Positions 47,004 through 57,452 are shown, counted from the stretch's first letter. The stretch: DNA of 64,000 nucleotides from Nitrosarchaeum sp. (GCA_965223865.1 OZ245020.1:384001-448000); one strand, 5' to 3'. The notes: generated by a model from the letters alone, not told the origin. Translations and numbers: made by a program.

Positions 47004-47594
47004 CTAAATTTTCTGAGAACTAGAATTTAATGATCGTAAAAACAAAGATTTTTCATCATTTTTTATTCGATACATTCCTAAATTTTTTGATTGAATAATA
47101 TGCCTTCCTCCTGGAGATAAAATCCATCCTTCGCCTTCCTTCTTTCTAGCCATAGCCGATATTACAATTATGGAATCTGTTTGTTTTGCTACTGATGTAA
47201 GCAACATTATTACAGCATTTATGAATATGCCTGATTCTATTTTGGTAAATAGATTGTAAAATCCATTCATTGAATCAAGAATTACCAAGAATCTCTTTTC
47301 AGAAATCTTTTTTACAATTGTAGAAAAAATTTTCTCTAGACTTTCTTTTTCAGGTTGATAAATCTCAACTCTGTCATTTTTTGATACCATTTTTGAAATA
47401 ATATATCCAGTATAAAGCAGATCAAAATCAAGAAAAATTACAGGATAATCTACTGAATCGATTAATTCGTTAAGTAACTGTGATTTCATAAACGGTTGAG
47501 AGCATAAAATTACATTTGGATTATTTTTTGAAAATTCATTTACTATTTCTTGTAAATTTTTATCTAAAGTCTGCTCAGGATTTTTATCCAACAA
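47004..47594 (-). CDS. Hypothetical protein, degenerate RecA-like fold
   Basis: VIFLDFD and LVILDS strands without a recognisable Walker A. Confidence 0.6.
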   Translation of the reverse strand: MLDKNPEQTLDKNLQEIVNEFSKNNPNVILCSQPFMKSQLLNELIDSVDYPVIFLDFDLLYTGYIISKMVSKNDRVEIYQPEKESLEKIFSTIVKKISEKRFLVILDSMNGFYNLFTKIESGIFINAVIMLLTSVAKQTDSIIVISAMARKKEGEGWILSPGGRHIIQSKNLGMYRIKNDEKSLFLRSLNSSSQKI

Positions 47595-47620
47595 TCTTTT
47601 AGCATTTTACAGATATAATA

Positions 47621-48772
47621 ATGAACTTAGATTCTAGAGATATTTCTTCTGATTTTCCAAATTCAGGTAAAATCTATCTAAACAATGCCTCAGTTTCTTT
47701 AATGCCATTACAAAGTATCCAAGCAATGCAAGATTTTCTAATTGATTATAATTCAATAGGACCAGATTCAATTGATTCTGAATCGTTTGTTACTGAAAAA
47801 CTGCAAAATATTCGAAAAACTATTTCAAAAATAATTAATTGTCAACCTGAAGAAATAGTTCTTACACAAAGTACCACTGATGGAATTAATATTGTCGCAA
47901 ATGGAATTTCATTTAATGAAAACTCGAATTTAATAATTAGAGGATTATCTCATGAACACCACTCAAATTTTTATCCTTGGCTAAAACTTCAAAATAAGAT
48001 CCAAATCAAGAATTTATCCGTTGATAATAATGGTTTTTTTGATTTTGATGAATTTAAAAAATTTCTAGATGAAAATACAAGTTTAGTTGTTCTCAGCCAT
48101 GCATTGTATAACACAGGTTCAATATTACCTGTCGAAAAAATTGGAAAAATTATTCAAGATAAAACCCCATTCTTTCTTGATAGCGCTCAAACTATTGGAT
48201 GTATAGGAAATTTTGATGTAAAAAAAATCGGATGTGATTTTATGTCATTTAATGGCTCAAAATGGCTTTGTGGGCCTATGGGAACTGGTTTGTTTTACTG
48301 CCACAAAAAATCTAGTGAATTATTGGAACCAGTAACTATTGGTGGGGAATCTGCTATGTTATATGATGAAACAAAATTAGCATTCAAAGACATTCCAGAC
48401 AAATTTCAAACTGGATTTAGAAATTATGTTGGAATAGTAGGCTTAGAGTCTTCAGCTAACTATCTTCTTGAATTTGGAATGGAAAATATTAGAAAGAAAA
48501 ACCTACATTTATCTAAAATTCTTCGAGAAGAACTTTCTAAAATTAAAAACATTATTCTTTATGGTCCCAATGATCCTAATAAAAGAACCAGTATTGTATC
48601 CTTCAATATAGAAGGACATAAACCAGAATACGTTGTTGAAAAATTGGAAAAACAAAAAATTGTCCTTGCCATTAGAGAAATATTAGATACGAAGATTGTA
48701 CGAGCTTCTCCACATTTTTTTAACTCAGAATCAGAAATTCTTAGAGTAGTAGAAGCAATAAAAAACCTATAG
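47621..48772 (+). CDS. Class V PLP-dependent aminotransferase/lyase
   Basis: YLNNAS, HEHHSN, LDSAQ, FNGSKWLCGP, RASPHFFN. Confidence 0.88.
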   Translation: MNLDSRDISSDFPNSGKIYLNNASVSLMPLQSIQAMQDFLIDYNSIGPDSIDSESFVTEKLQNIRKTISKIINCQPEEIVLTQSTTDGINIVANGISFNENSNLIIRGLSHEHHSNFYPWLKLQNKIQIKNLSVDNNGFFDFDEFKKFLDENTSLVVLSHALYNTGSILPVEKIGKIIQDKTPFFLDSAQTIGCIGNFDVKKIGCDFMSFNGSKWLCGPMGTGLFYCHKKSSELLEPVTIGGESAMLYDETKLAFKDIPDKFQTGFRNYVGIVGLESSANYLLEFGMENIRKKNLHLSKILREELSKIKNIILYGPNDPNKRTSIVSFNIEGHKPEYVVEKLEKQKIVLAIREILDTKIVRASPHFFNSESEILRVVEAIKNL

Positions 48773-49024
48773 ATTTTCTTGTTCTTCTATTACCATCATA
48801 GTAAGTGTTGATTGAACTTTACCAATTTTTCTAATTTTATTTGTAATTATTGCTCGTAATTTTTCAGCATCATCTGAGGAAAGTTTCAAAACAATATCAT
48901 AAACACCATACACGCCTTGTACTTCGTACTTTAGATCTTCATCTGAAAGAATTTTCTTTACTTCGTCAATAATGGATTCATCTGAACCTAGATCAGAATT
49001 TAATAAAACATATGCAGTAGGCAC
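48767..49024 (-). CDS. Lrp/AsnC ligand-binding domain protein
   Basis: AYVLLN, VYGVYDIV, IRKI..V.STLTM. Confidence 0.88.
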   Translation of the reverse strand: MPTAYVLLNSDLGSDESIIDEVKKILSDEDLKYEVQGVYGVYDIVLKLSSDDAEKLRAIITNKIRKIGKVQSTLTMMVIEEQENL

Positions 49025-49102
49025 ATTTCATTTTTTCATAAAACAGTATTTAACCTTTCACAGATCTCAAAAACTGATTAAACACCAAAACAATGAATTG
49101 GT

Positions 49103-49744
49103 GTGAAACCCATAGATCTTACATTAACAATATCTCAATCAATTCCAAATTTTCCAGGTTCGCCACAACCACAATTCATTTCTTGGTCAACAATAAAAGA
49201 AGACGGTTACAACCTTGAACTACTATTTTTGAGCTCTCATACAGGCACACATTTAGATGCTCCCTATCATTTTGTAAAAAATGGTGTAAAAATCCATCAA
49301 ATTCCTGTAAAGAGATTAATTGGTAATGCTATACTTGCAAAAATTCCCAAGGAAAAAAATAAAGCAATAACAAAAAGCGATATTATTTCCTTTGAAAAGA
49401 GAAATGGAAATATTTCAATTCATTCATCAATTGTGTTTTTTACAAATTGGCAAAAGAATTTGAATAAGGATTTTTATTTTCACAGCAATCCTGGTTTGGC
49501 TGAATCTGCAGCAAAATATTTAGCCTCAAAAAAGATCAATTTGGTTGGAATTGATTCTCCTAACATTGATTTAGGAGAAGACAAAAATTTTACAGCTCAC
49601 AAAATCCTTGCAAAAAATAATATCCTCATTGTTGAAAACCTTTCAAACCTAAATAAGATAAAAACCAAAGATTTTGAATTAATAATTTTGCCACTAAAGC
49701 TAAAGAATGCTACGGGTTCTCCAGTTAGAGCTATTGCAATTTAA
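49103..49744 (+). CDS. Cyclase family metallohydrolase (kynurenine formamidase-like)
   Basis: HTGTHLDAPYHF, GIDSP, IVENL, GSPVRA. Confidence 0.9.
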   Translation: MKPIDLTLTISQSIPNFPGSPQPQFISWSTIKEDGYNLELLFLSSHTGTHLDAPYHFVKNGVKIHQIPVKRLIGNAILAKIPKEKNKAITKSDIISFEKRNGNISIHSSIVFFTNWQKNLNKDFYFHSNPGLAESAAKYLASKKINLVGIDSPNIDLGEDKNFTAHKILAKNNILIVENLSNLNKIKTKDFELIILPLKLKNATGSPVRAIAI

Positions 49745-50799
49745 ATAGCAAAATGAAATCTATTTTTTTTGTAATTTTTTGACAACTTTCCAACAATTGG
49801 AATTTGATTGCCACATGACTTACATCTGTTTTTATCATCCAAATTCCATTCGTCAATATCAAAACCAAATCTCTTGATTGCTATATTATTACATTCGGGG
49901 CAATAGGTATGCTCTAATGGATGTCCAGGTACGTTTCCAAGATATGCGTACTTTAGGCCAACCTTTTTTGCAATCTCATGATGTTTTTCCAAAGTTTTAA
50001 CTGGAGTTGAATCAAACCCCATCATCTTATAATCTGGATGAAAACGTAAAAAGTGAATGGGTATTTCTGGTCCAAATTCATTGTAAATGAATGTACATAA
50101 TTTTTCTGCGTATTCTAAACTATCTCCTACTTCAGGAACAATCAAATCTGTTATTTCTACATGAATTTTTGTTTTATCACGAATTTCAATTAAAGTATCA
50201 AAAATGGGTTTAGGATCTGGAACACCAATATACTTTCTTGTGAAATTTGGTTCAGCATTTCCCTTGAAATCAACTGTAATAGAATCTAAAAATTCTCCCA
50301 TCATTTTTACAGAATCAGGGGTGTCATATCCATTTGAAACAAAAATATTGTAAAGATTTTTTGTGTGTGCAATAACTCCGCAATCCCTTGCAAATTCAAT
50401 GAAAATAGATGGTTCATTGTAAGTATATGCTATTCCATCCGCATTATTATCGAGAGTGGTTTGAACAACTTGTTCAGGCGTCATATCTTCTCCTTCTATC
50501 TTTCTTCGTTGACTGATATCATAATTTTGACAATATTTGCATAACCAATTACATCCAGTTGTAGCAATTGAAAATACTTTAGAACCAGGATAGTAGTGAG
50601 TTACTGGTTTTTTTTCAATAGGATCAACATGTCCTGCAATAACTTTGCCATAAACAAATAAGTCTAATTTTCCATTATTATTTCCACGAACACCACATAA
50701 TCCAACCTGTTCATCACTCATCTCACAATATCTTGCACAGGCAGTACATCGAACTTTGTTGTCAGGTAATTTCTCATAAAGAACTGCTTCCTTTCCCAT
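49741..50799 (-). CDS. AmmeMemoRadiSam-system radical SAM enzyme
   Basis: CTACARYC, DPIEKKP, GCNWLCKYCQN, YTYNEP, FHPDY. Confidence 0.88.
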   Translation of the reverse strand: MGKEAVLYEKLPDNKVRCTACARYCEMSDEQVGLCGVRGNNNGKLDLFVYGKVIAGHVDPIEKKPVTHYYPGSKVFSIATTGCNWLCKYCQNYDISQRRKIEGEDMTPEQVVQTTLDNNADGIAYTYNEPSIFIEFARDCGVIAHTKNLYNIFVSNGYDTPDSVKMMGEFLDSITVDFKGNAEPNFTRKYIGVPDPKPIFDTLIEIRDKTKIHVEITDLIVPEVGDSLEYAEKLCTFIYNEFGPEIPIHFLRFHPDYKMMGFDSTPVKTLEKHHEIAKKVGLKYAYLGNVPGHPLEHTYCPECNNIAIKRFGFDIDEWNLDDKNRCKSCGNQIPIVGKLSKNYKKNRFHFAI

Positions 50800-50880
50800 T
50801 CGATTATCATACCTATTTTATCCATATAAGGTGCAGCTACTTTTCGCAATCCTAAAAGTATAGAAACTTCAAGATAAAAC

Positions 50881-51375
50881 ATGAGCAGACCTGGAAATCT
50901 ATGGAGAAAGGTACATGGAAAAATTACTAAAAAACCAACAAATTTCTCTTGGTTAATTGAAGAAAAACTTGCCGGTTCAGGAATGCCCACTAGCTTTGAT
51001 GAATTTGAATGGATTCTAAATCAAGGTGTAAAATCAATTGTAACAATGACAGAAAATGCATTGCCAGAAAATTGGGTAAAAGATATTGGATATATACACG
51101 TGCCTACACCAGATCTAACTGCACCTGATATGGATAGAATTGATATTGCTGTTGATTTTATACATGAAAAAATTTCTGGCAATCAAGCTGTAATGGTACA
51201 TTGTGCTGCTGGGATGGGGAGAGCAGGAACTATTTTGGCATGTTATTTGGTAAAATACCAAAAATATTCTGCAAAAAAAGCGATAACAAAAGTAAGAAAT
51301 GAACGACCTGGTTCCATCCAGTCTGAAGTTCAAGAATTAGCTATTGGCTATTATGAAAAACATGTAGCAAGTTAA
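50881..51375 (+). CDS. Dual-specificity protein phosphatase
   Basis: VHCAAGMGRAGT, RPGSIQ. Confidence 0.92.
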   Translation: MSRPGNLWRKVHGKITKKPTNFSWLIEEKLAGSGMPTSFDEFEWILNQGVKSIVTMTENALPENWVKDIGYIHVPTPDLTAPDMDRIDIAVDFIHEKISGNQAVMVHCAAGMGRAGTILACYLVKYQKYSAKKAITKVRNERPGSIQSEVQELAIGYYEKHVAS

Positions 51376-51518
51376 ACAAATTCTGAAACTAGTTTTCCAT
51401 CAATAACTTTGATCTTTAATGTTTTATTTTCCTGAAATATCAAAGTTAATCCACCATCAGAATCGGGATCTTCAACTTTTACAAGCTCTATCATTTTGAT
51501 TTGATCAAATTTCTCCAT
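51372..51518 (-). CDS. 48-aa hypothetical protein (paralog of 51528..51680)
   Basis: MEKFDQIKMIELVKVEDPDSDGGLTLIFQENKTLKIKVIDGKLVSEFV*, preceded by SD-like AGGTGA. Confidence 0.8.
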   Translation of the reverse strand: MEKFDQIKMIELVKVEDPDSDGGLTLIFQENKTLKIKVIDGKLVSEFV

Positions 51519-51527
51519 TTATTTCAC

Positions 51528-51680
51528 CTATTCCGGAATTGATACCGTTTCTATTTTTCCATCAACTACTTTGATGAACAAAAATCTATTATCTTTAAAG
51601 ATAACAGTAATTCCTCCTTCTTTATCAGGTTCTTCAACTTCAAGAACTGGTTGCCCTAACAAACCATCGTATTTTGCCAT
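51528..51680 (-). CDS. 50-aa hypothetical protein (paralog of 51372..51518)
   Basis: MAKYDGLLGQPVLEVEEPDKEGGITVIFKDNRFLFIKVVDGKIETVSIPE*. Confidence 0.8.
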   Translation of the reverse strand: MAKYDGLLGQPVLEVEEPDKEGGITVIFKDNRFLFIKVVDGKIETVSIPE

Positions 51681-51710
51681 ATTGATTTACTGAAAAAGTT
51701 CTTTATATCC

Positions 51711-52247
51711 CTAATTGATTGTTATCTCAATCTCTTTGGAATTATTTTTGATATTTCCTGGTTCAGTATAATCGTGTTTTTGCCATGATGCAAATACCTC
51801 TGCTCCAATCTTGTGTTTTCCTCTTCCTAAATCAGATGCCTTACAGGTTAATTTTTCACTAAAATCAAACAGTTCCTCTCTAACTTCTTCTTCAGATAGT
51901 CTAATGAATGGTTCAAAATTCTTGGCTACTTGAACCCAAATCCTTCTATCCTTCATTGGATTGACAAGTTTTGGATTTCTTGTCCAAAAAATTGCAGCTT
52001 TTCTATAAGTATCAATGATTTTTCCAACCTCTTTTTTCCTAAAACCTCCCGACAAGAGTTTTACACCATATTTTAGCTTGAATGAATTATCATGATTATT
52101 GTAGGCTTTAGTCCAATTTGCCTCATTGAAGGTATCTCTTATACTGCCGTCAATTGAAAAATTCGCTATTATCTCGACGTTGTCATTGAGGGAATATTCC
52201 TCCTTATTTTTAATCAACTCAATCTCAGAAATCTTGCTTTCAGTCAT
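51711..52247 (-). CDS. Hypothetical protein
   Basis: 178-aa ORF filling the gap; no family recognised. Confidence 0.7.
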   Translation of the reverse strand: MTESKISEIELIKNKEEYSLNDNVEIIANFSIDGSIRDTFNEANWTKAYNNHDNSFKLKYGVKLLSGGFRKKEVGKIIDTYRKAAIFWTRNPKLVNPMKDRRIWVQVAKNFEPFIRLSEEEVREELFDFSEKLTCKASDLGRGKHKIGAEVFASWQKHDYTEPGNIKNNSKEIEITIN

Positions 52248-52297
52248 CTAACTGCTCATAATGATTTATATCCACAATAAGTGCTTTTTCCGAATAC

Positions 52298-52576
52298 ATG
52301 CAAGCCCAAGTGATTAGCTCTGAACCAAAAGAGATTAATCTTTCAATCAAGGAAACTGACATTGGAATTCTATACATTGTTCAGCATGAGCTACTTAAGG
52401 AATCAAATATTGATTTTGCTGGAGTTATAGTCAAACATCCTCTTACCAATGAATGTTGGATGAAAATTAATTCAAGCACAAAACCTCTAGGTGAAATCAA
52501 AAAGGCAACCGATTCGGCAATTAAAATGGCTGATGAATTTAAACAATTATTTAATTCACAAATCAAGGTAAATTAG
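52298..52576 (+). CDS. rpoL: RNA polymerase subunit Rpo11 (L)
   Basis: DFAGVIVKHPL motif; position upstream of tfs and pcn. Confidence 0.82.
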   Translation: MQAQVISSEPKEINLSIKETDIGILYIVQHELLKESNIDFAGVIVKHPLTNECWMKINSSTKPLGEIKKATDSAIKMADEFKQLFNSQIKVN

Positions 52577-52891
52577 ATGAAGTTTTGCCCTAATTGTGAG
52601 GTCAAATTAAAAAAGAGTGATTCAGGTCTTCAATGCCCTAAATGTGATTATTCTGAAAAGCAGGAAAATAAACAGACCAAGAAGGTTGTAGAAGAAGAAA
52701 CTCAATCCGAATTTAATGTTTTTACAGAAAGTGATAAAGATGAAACATTACCTACAATCAAAATAGAATGTGAAAAATGTGGTAACGATGAAGCAGTTTG
52801 GTGGATGCTACAAACTAGAAGTGCTGATGAACCTACAACTCAATTCTATCGTTGTACGAAATGTAGATACACTTGGCGTAATTACGCATAA
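52577..52891 (+). CDS. tfs: Transcription factor S
   Basis: MKFCPNC...CPKC; CEKC...QTRSADEPTTQFYRCTKC. Confidence 0.95.
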   Translation: MKFCPNCEVKLKKSDSGLQCPKCDYSEKQENKQTKKVVEEETQSEFNVFTESDKDETLPTIKIECEKCGNDEAVWWMLQTRSADEPTTQFYRCTKCRYTWRNYA

Positions 52892-52926
52892 CGTTTAACT
52901 GGAACATAAAATTCAACAATATTAGC

Positions 52927-53673
52927 TTGACTTTTGAAGCAAAAACAAGTGGTTCTGATGATCTCAAAGCAATTATCTCTGCAATATCTACCCTTGTTGA
53001 AGAGGCTACTTTTGTTGCAACCTCAGAAGGAATAACTTTTCGAGGAATGGATCCATCACATGTTGCACTAATTGATATTTCATGGCCAAATTCTGCATTT
53101 GAAAAATATGAATGTGATAGTGATATTAAATTTGGAGTTCGAATTGATGAGTTCTCCAAACTTATCAAAAGAGCAGAAAAAAAAGACAGTATAGAAATTA
53201 GCATCTCTGAACAAAATATGTTACTTGTAACTGTTGGAAAAAATAAAAAATACAAAATGCGTTTAATTGAAAGTTCAGCAACTGATACTCCACTTCCAAA
53301 AATTCCATACGACTCTAAGATTACATTGTCTTCTTCAAAATTTGACAAAATTTTAGGTGATGTTCAAGTGGTTTCTGATTATCTTACAATACATACTTCT
53401 GATTCAAAAGCAGATTTCTCTGGAAAAGGAGATTCAGGAGAAGTGATTATTGAGCTAGAACAAGATTCTGAAGAAATTGAAGAAGTTTCATCAAAAGAAG
53501 ATAGTACAGGCACATATAGCCTAGAGTATCTAAATCCCGTAGTAAAAGCAGTAGGAACAACTGCGGGCCAAATAACATGCGAATTTTCTAGTGCAAAACC
53601 CTTACGAATCGAATTTAAAGTAGCAAACATAGGCAGAATTCACTTTTACTTGGCTCCACGAGTGGAAAGTTAA
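52927..53673 (+). CDS. pcn: PCNA sliding clamp
   Basis: GMDPSHVAL, YSLEYL, FYLAPR. Confidence 0.96.
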   Translation: MTFEAKTSGSDDLKAIISAISTLVEEATFVATSEGITFRGMDPSHVALIDISWPNSAFEKYECDSDIKFGVRIDEFSKLIKRAEKKDSIEISISEQNMLLVTVGKNKKYKMRLIESSATDTPLPKIPYDSKITLSSSKFDKILGDVQVVSDYLTIHTSDSKADFSGKGDSGEVIIELEQDSEEIEEVSSKEDSTGTYSLEYLNPVVKAVGTTAGQITCEFSSAKPLRIEFKVANIGRIHFYLAPRVES

Positions 53674-53708
53674 AGCATTTAAACATTAACTATTTCAGGT
53701 ACTTTGAA

Positions 53709-55112
53709 TTGAGAATCGTTTTAAAATATGGCGGATCATCCATCTCAACTGCAAAGGATATTCAGTCAGTTGCAAAATATGTAAATTCATTATCAAAAAA
53801 GAATAAAATAGTAATTGTCTGTTCTGCAATTAGTGGAACTACTGATGATCTAATAGAAATTTCTGAATCAATTAAAAAAGAAAACAAAGGAAAAGCCGAA
53901 CAATTAGCATCAAAAATTATCAATAGACATAAACAAGTTGCAAGACAAACCATCAAAAAATCAGAATTAAAAAAGAAATTGCTACAAAAATTAGATGAAG
54001 ACTTCAAGGAACTTATCGCATTAATTGATGGGATGGTTTTGTTAGGAGAAGTTACTCCTAGATCAATGGATTATTTGAGTTCATTTGGAGAACGTCTCTC
54101 AATAAAATTAGTATCTTCTACTATCCATGATACAGGTAAAAAATCAGTTACATTAACTGGTAAAGATGTTGGAATTATCACAGATTCAAACTTTGGAGAA
54201 TCCAAACCTCTAATGGATACCACAAGACTAAGAGTATCCAAAACTATTGATCATTTATTTTCAAAGAAAACAATTCCAGTAATAGGCGGATTTACGGGTT
54301 CGGATCAACATGGTCATATCACAACCTTTGGAAGAGGCGGATCAGATTATACTGCTACAATAATTGGTTCTTGCATAAAAGCAGATGAAATTTGGTTAAT
54401 GAGTGATGTTAATGGATTAATGACTGCTGATCCTAAAATTGTAAAAAATGCAAAGCTGCTCAAAGAAGTTTCATACATAGAAGCAATTGAAATGGCCTTG
54501 TTTGGTGCTAAACAGATTCACCCACGAACATTTGAACCACTCCTTTCAAAAAAAATTCCAATGAAGATACGAAGCTCCTTTAATGTAAAAAATGAAGGAA
54601 CGCTTGTCACAGCATCTCCTTCAATATCAGTAAAAAATACTGTAAAATGTGTAAGCAACATTCTTCATAATGGCTTAATTGATATCAGAGGTGGTAGCAT
54701 GGTAGGTACACCTGGTACTGCTGCAAAAATTTTTACCACTCTTGCTAAAGCCGGAATAAATGTAATGATGATCTCTCAAAATCCTTCAGAATCTAGCATT
54801 ACAATAGTAGTAAAAAACACCGACCTTGATAAAGCAGTAAATGTATTAGAAATGGAATTGCTAGGAAAAATTATAAAAAAACTTGAGGTAACAACAGATG
54901 TTGCCATTATTGCCCTAATTGGCTCAGGAATGCGTGGTACTGTTGGTGTGGCATCTAAAGTATTTGGTGCTATTGAGAAAAATAAAATTAATGTTGCAAT
55001 GATAACTCAAGGATCTTCAGAACTTAATCTATCATTTGTTGTAAAAAATTCAGATTCGAAAGTTGCAGTAAAAGCAATTCATGAGGCATTTAAACTAGAT
55101 AAAATTAATTAA
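53709..55112 (+). CDS. lysC: Aspartate kinase
   Basis: LKYGGSS, SFGERLS, GRGGSDYTA, DVNGLMTADP, two ACT domains. Confidence 0.94.
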   Translation: MRIVLKYGGSSISTAKDIQSVAKYVNSLSKKNKIVIVCSAISGTTDDLIEISESIKKENKGKAEQLASKIINRHKQVARQTIKKSELKKKLLQKLDEDFKELIALIDGMVLLGEVTPRSMDYLSSFGERLSIKLVSSTIHDTGKKSVTLTGKDVGIITDSNFGESKPLMDTTRLRVSKTIDHLFSKKTIPVIGGFTGSDQHGHITTFGRGGSDYTATIIGSCIKADEIWLMSDVNGLMTADPKIVKNAKLLKEVSYIEAIEMALFGAKQIHPRTFEPLLSKKIPMKIRSSFNVKNEGTLVTASPSISVKNTVKCVSNILHNGLIDIRGGSMVGTPGTAAKIFTTLAKAGINVMMISQNPSESSITIVVKNTDLDKAVNVLEMELLGKIIKKLEVTTDVAIIALIGSGMRGTVGVASKVFGAIEKNKINVAMITQGSSELNLSFVVKNSDSKVAVKAIHEAFKLDKIN

Positions 55113-55150
55113 AATAAAATCATTTAAAGCAAAGATAACAATAATTTACA

Positions 55151-56614
55151 TTGAATACAATTGTAGTATTTTTGATAATTGGAATTTTTGTAACAGGAAT
55201 TTTAACAGTATCTATTTTGTCTGATCAGTTTGTAGATGCTGGTTCTAGGAAAAAAATACATTTTACCCAAACAATAACCTCATCTCAAGACCCTGGTATT
55301 GGACATGAAAATCATCAGCTAGCAATGATTCTTTCTCCCAACCAAGGAACTATTTATGATGGCTCTATGACATTTTCTTCAAGCGAACCAGTCCAAATTG
55401 TTGTTTTACATGAAATTAATGAAAGTGATGTAAAAGGACAACCTACATGGAGTATTGATGGAAAAACAATCTATGGATTATCTTTATTGGACCTAGGTAA
55501 AAAATCAGATTCTTTTGAATTTACTGGAGCTGCCCTTGCTTTACATTCTCCAAATTCCAAAGAATTTACTGCTACTGTAAGTCTTGATGGTTGGATAAGA
55601 GGACAACCTACTGAAGTAATTATGCAAAAAATGGAATTTGAAAAGAAAGATCCAACCCTATTACTTAGTAGGACAAATGTACCTGTTACCATTCCTATGC
55701 ACATGGGATTTTACAATAATGAACAAATTTTCTTTATTATTACAGATTCAAGTGATTCAGAATTTGCAACAACTATTTCAGGAAAACAAGGATGGAAAGT
55801 AGAAACTGCTTCCTCCCTAGCAAATGCCCCTGAAGAAGCCCTACAGAAAATTTTTGTTTTTACTAATGGTGTTCAAGGAGAGGGACTTTACGGATATCAA
55901 GAAGAGATTTTTTCAAGCACACCATCCCAAGAATCTGAATATAGTGCACTAGGTTCAGTTATTGAGGTAACTTGGAAAAAAGGCCAAAATATGATTCGTT
56001 TTGAATCAGCAGATGATATCATTAAAGCACATGAGGGTGAAAGAGTTGAATTTAATGAAACGGGAATTGTTCTTAACACTCCTCAAATAGTATGGCCTGA
56101 TGGACAAATGAAAATTAGAGATGATAAAGAAATCACAGATGAATTATCGTATGGCGATGGTCAGATTACTGAAATCAACAAAGAAGAAATGACTGTAACA
56201 TTTGTTGCCCATCGTGGTTGGGGCCCAGATGGAAAAACAATCTATTACATTGTTACAGATGCAACTCCCTCTGCACCAGCCGAAATAATGGGGGTTATTC
56301 ATTCACCAAAATCCTCGAATCTAATATCTAATTCTGCTGCAGTTGATTTATTCCAATTTCGAAATGGAATAAAAGGCTCTGGCCCATTAGGATTCCAACC
56401 AGGAATAGCTGCAGCAACACCTGGTGATGAAAACTATAGCCCTATGTGGCGAATTTACATGGTCGAATGGATTGATCCAGAATCTGCAAAAATTTTAGAA
56501 TCTAGTTCTGATATTGATTATTTTAAAAAAACTGAAAAAATTACAGTTAGTATAGCACGTCCTATGAATAGCGAATACATTGTCAATTGTCCATTTATTG
56601 ATCCATTTCAATGA
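55151..56614 (+). CDS. Secreted/anchored hypothetical protein with duplicated domain
   Basis: N-terminal TM; two repeats F/Y-I-I/V-TD...YS..W...V.N.P. Confidence 0.72.
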   Translation: MNTIVVFLIIGIFVTGILTVSILSDQFVDAGSRKKIHFTQTITSSQDPGIGHENHQLAMILSPNQGTIYDGSMTFSSSEPVQIVVLHEINESDVKGQPTWSIDGKTIYGLSLLDLGKKSDSFEFTGAALALHSPNSKEFTATVSLDGWIRGQPTEVIMQKMEFEKKDPTLLLSRTNVPVTIPMHMGFYNNEQIFFIITDSSDSEFATTISGKQGWKVETASSLANAPEEALQKIFVFTNGVQGEGLYGYQEEIFSSTPSQESEYSALGSVIEVTWKKGQNMIRFESADDIIKAHEGERVEFNETGIVLNTPQIVWPDGQMKIRDDKEITDELSYGDGQITEINKEEMTVTFVAHRGWGPDGKTIYYIVTDATPSAPAEIMGVIHSPKSSNLISNSAAVDLFQFRNGIKGSGPLGFQPGIAAATPGDENYSPMWRIYMVEWIDPESAKILESSSDIDYFKKTEKITVSIARPMNSEYIVNCPFIDPFQ

Positions 56615-56657
56615 ATCACTAAACGGATAAATTACTTCAAAATGAATTCACCTTAAA

Positions 56658-57452
56658 ATGACTGGAAAACTCTACATAGTTGGTGTTGGACCTGGACATC
56701 ATGATCATATGACTTTTCATGCCAAGGAAGCTATTGCTAAAAGTGATACAATCATTGGTTATGAAACATATGTAAACTTGGTTCAAGATATGATTGAAGA
56801 CAAAACTGTGTATCGTTATGCTATGACACAAGAAGTTGAGCGTGCTCATCAATGTATTGATCTGGCAAAATCTGGAAAAATTGTATCTCTGGTTTCTAGT
56901 GGCGATCCTGGAATTTATGGAATGGCAGGATTGATTTATGAAACTCTTGCAGAAACAGGATGGAATCCTAAAGATGGACTTCAAGTTGAAATTGTACCAG
57001 GTGTTTCTGCTTTAAATTCATGTGCATCAATTATTGGCTCACCATTAATGACAGATTTTGCAGTTGTTAGTATGAGTGATTTGTTAGTGCCATGGGAAAT
57101 TATCGAAAAAAGAGTTGAGGCTGCAGCGCAAGGAGATTTTGTTATTGTAATATACAATCCTGCAAGTAAAAAAAGAATTCATCAGCTACAGGATACTAGA
57201 AAAATACTACTAAAATTTAGAAAACCATCAACCCCAGTTGCAATTATCAAAGGTGCATTTAGAAATTCACAAACAGTAGTTTTAACAAATTTGGAGGATC
57301 TCCCAAATCATTCTGAACAATTAGGAATGATTAGTACTGTAATTATTGGAAATTCTTCAACTTATACATATCAAGATTTAATGATAAATCCTAGAGGTTA
57401 CAAGTCAAAGTACAATTTAGAAGAGCAAACTAATCCTAATCTTAAAATCTAA
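56658..57452 (+). CDS. cobJ: Precorrin-3B C17-methyltransferase
   Basis: VGVGPG, SSGDPGIYGMAG, SMSDLLVPW, YNPAS, NPRGY. Confidence 0.93.
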   Translation: MTGKLYIVGVGPGHHDHMTFHAKEAIAKSDTIIGYETYVNLVQDMIEDKTVYRYAMTQEVERAHQCIDLAKSGKIVSLVSSGDPGIYGMAGLIYETLAETGWNPKDGLQVEIVPGVSALNSCASIIGSPLMTDFAVVSMSDLLVPWEIIEKRVEAAAQGDFVIVIYNPASKKRIHQLQDTRKILLKFRKPSTPVAIIKGAFRNSQTVVLTNLEDLPNHSEQLGMISTVIIGNSSTYTYQDLMINPRGYKSKYNLEEQTNPNLKI

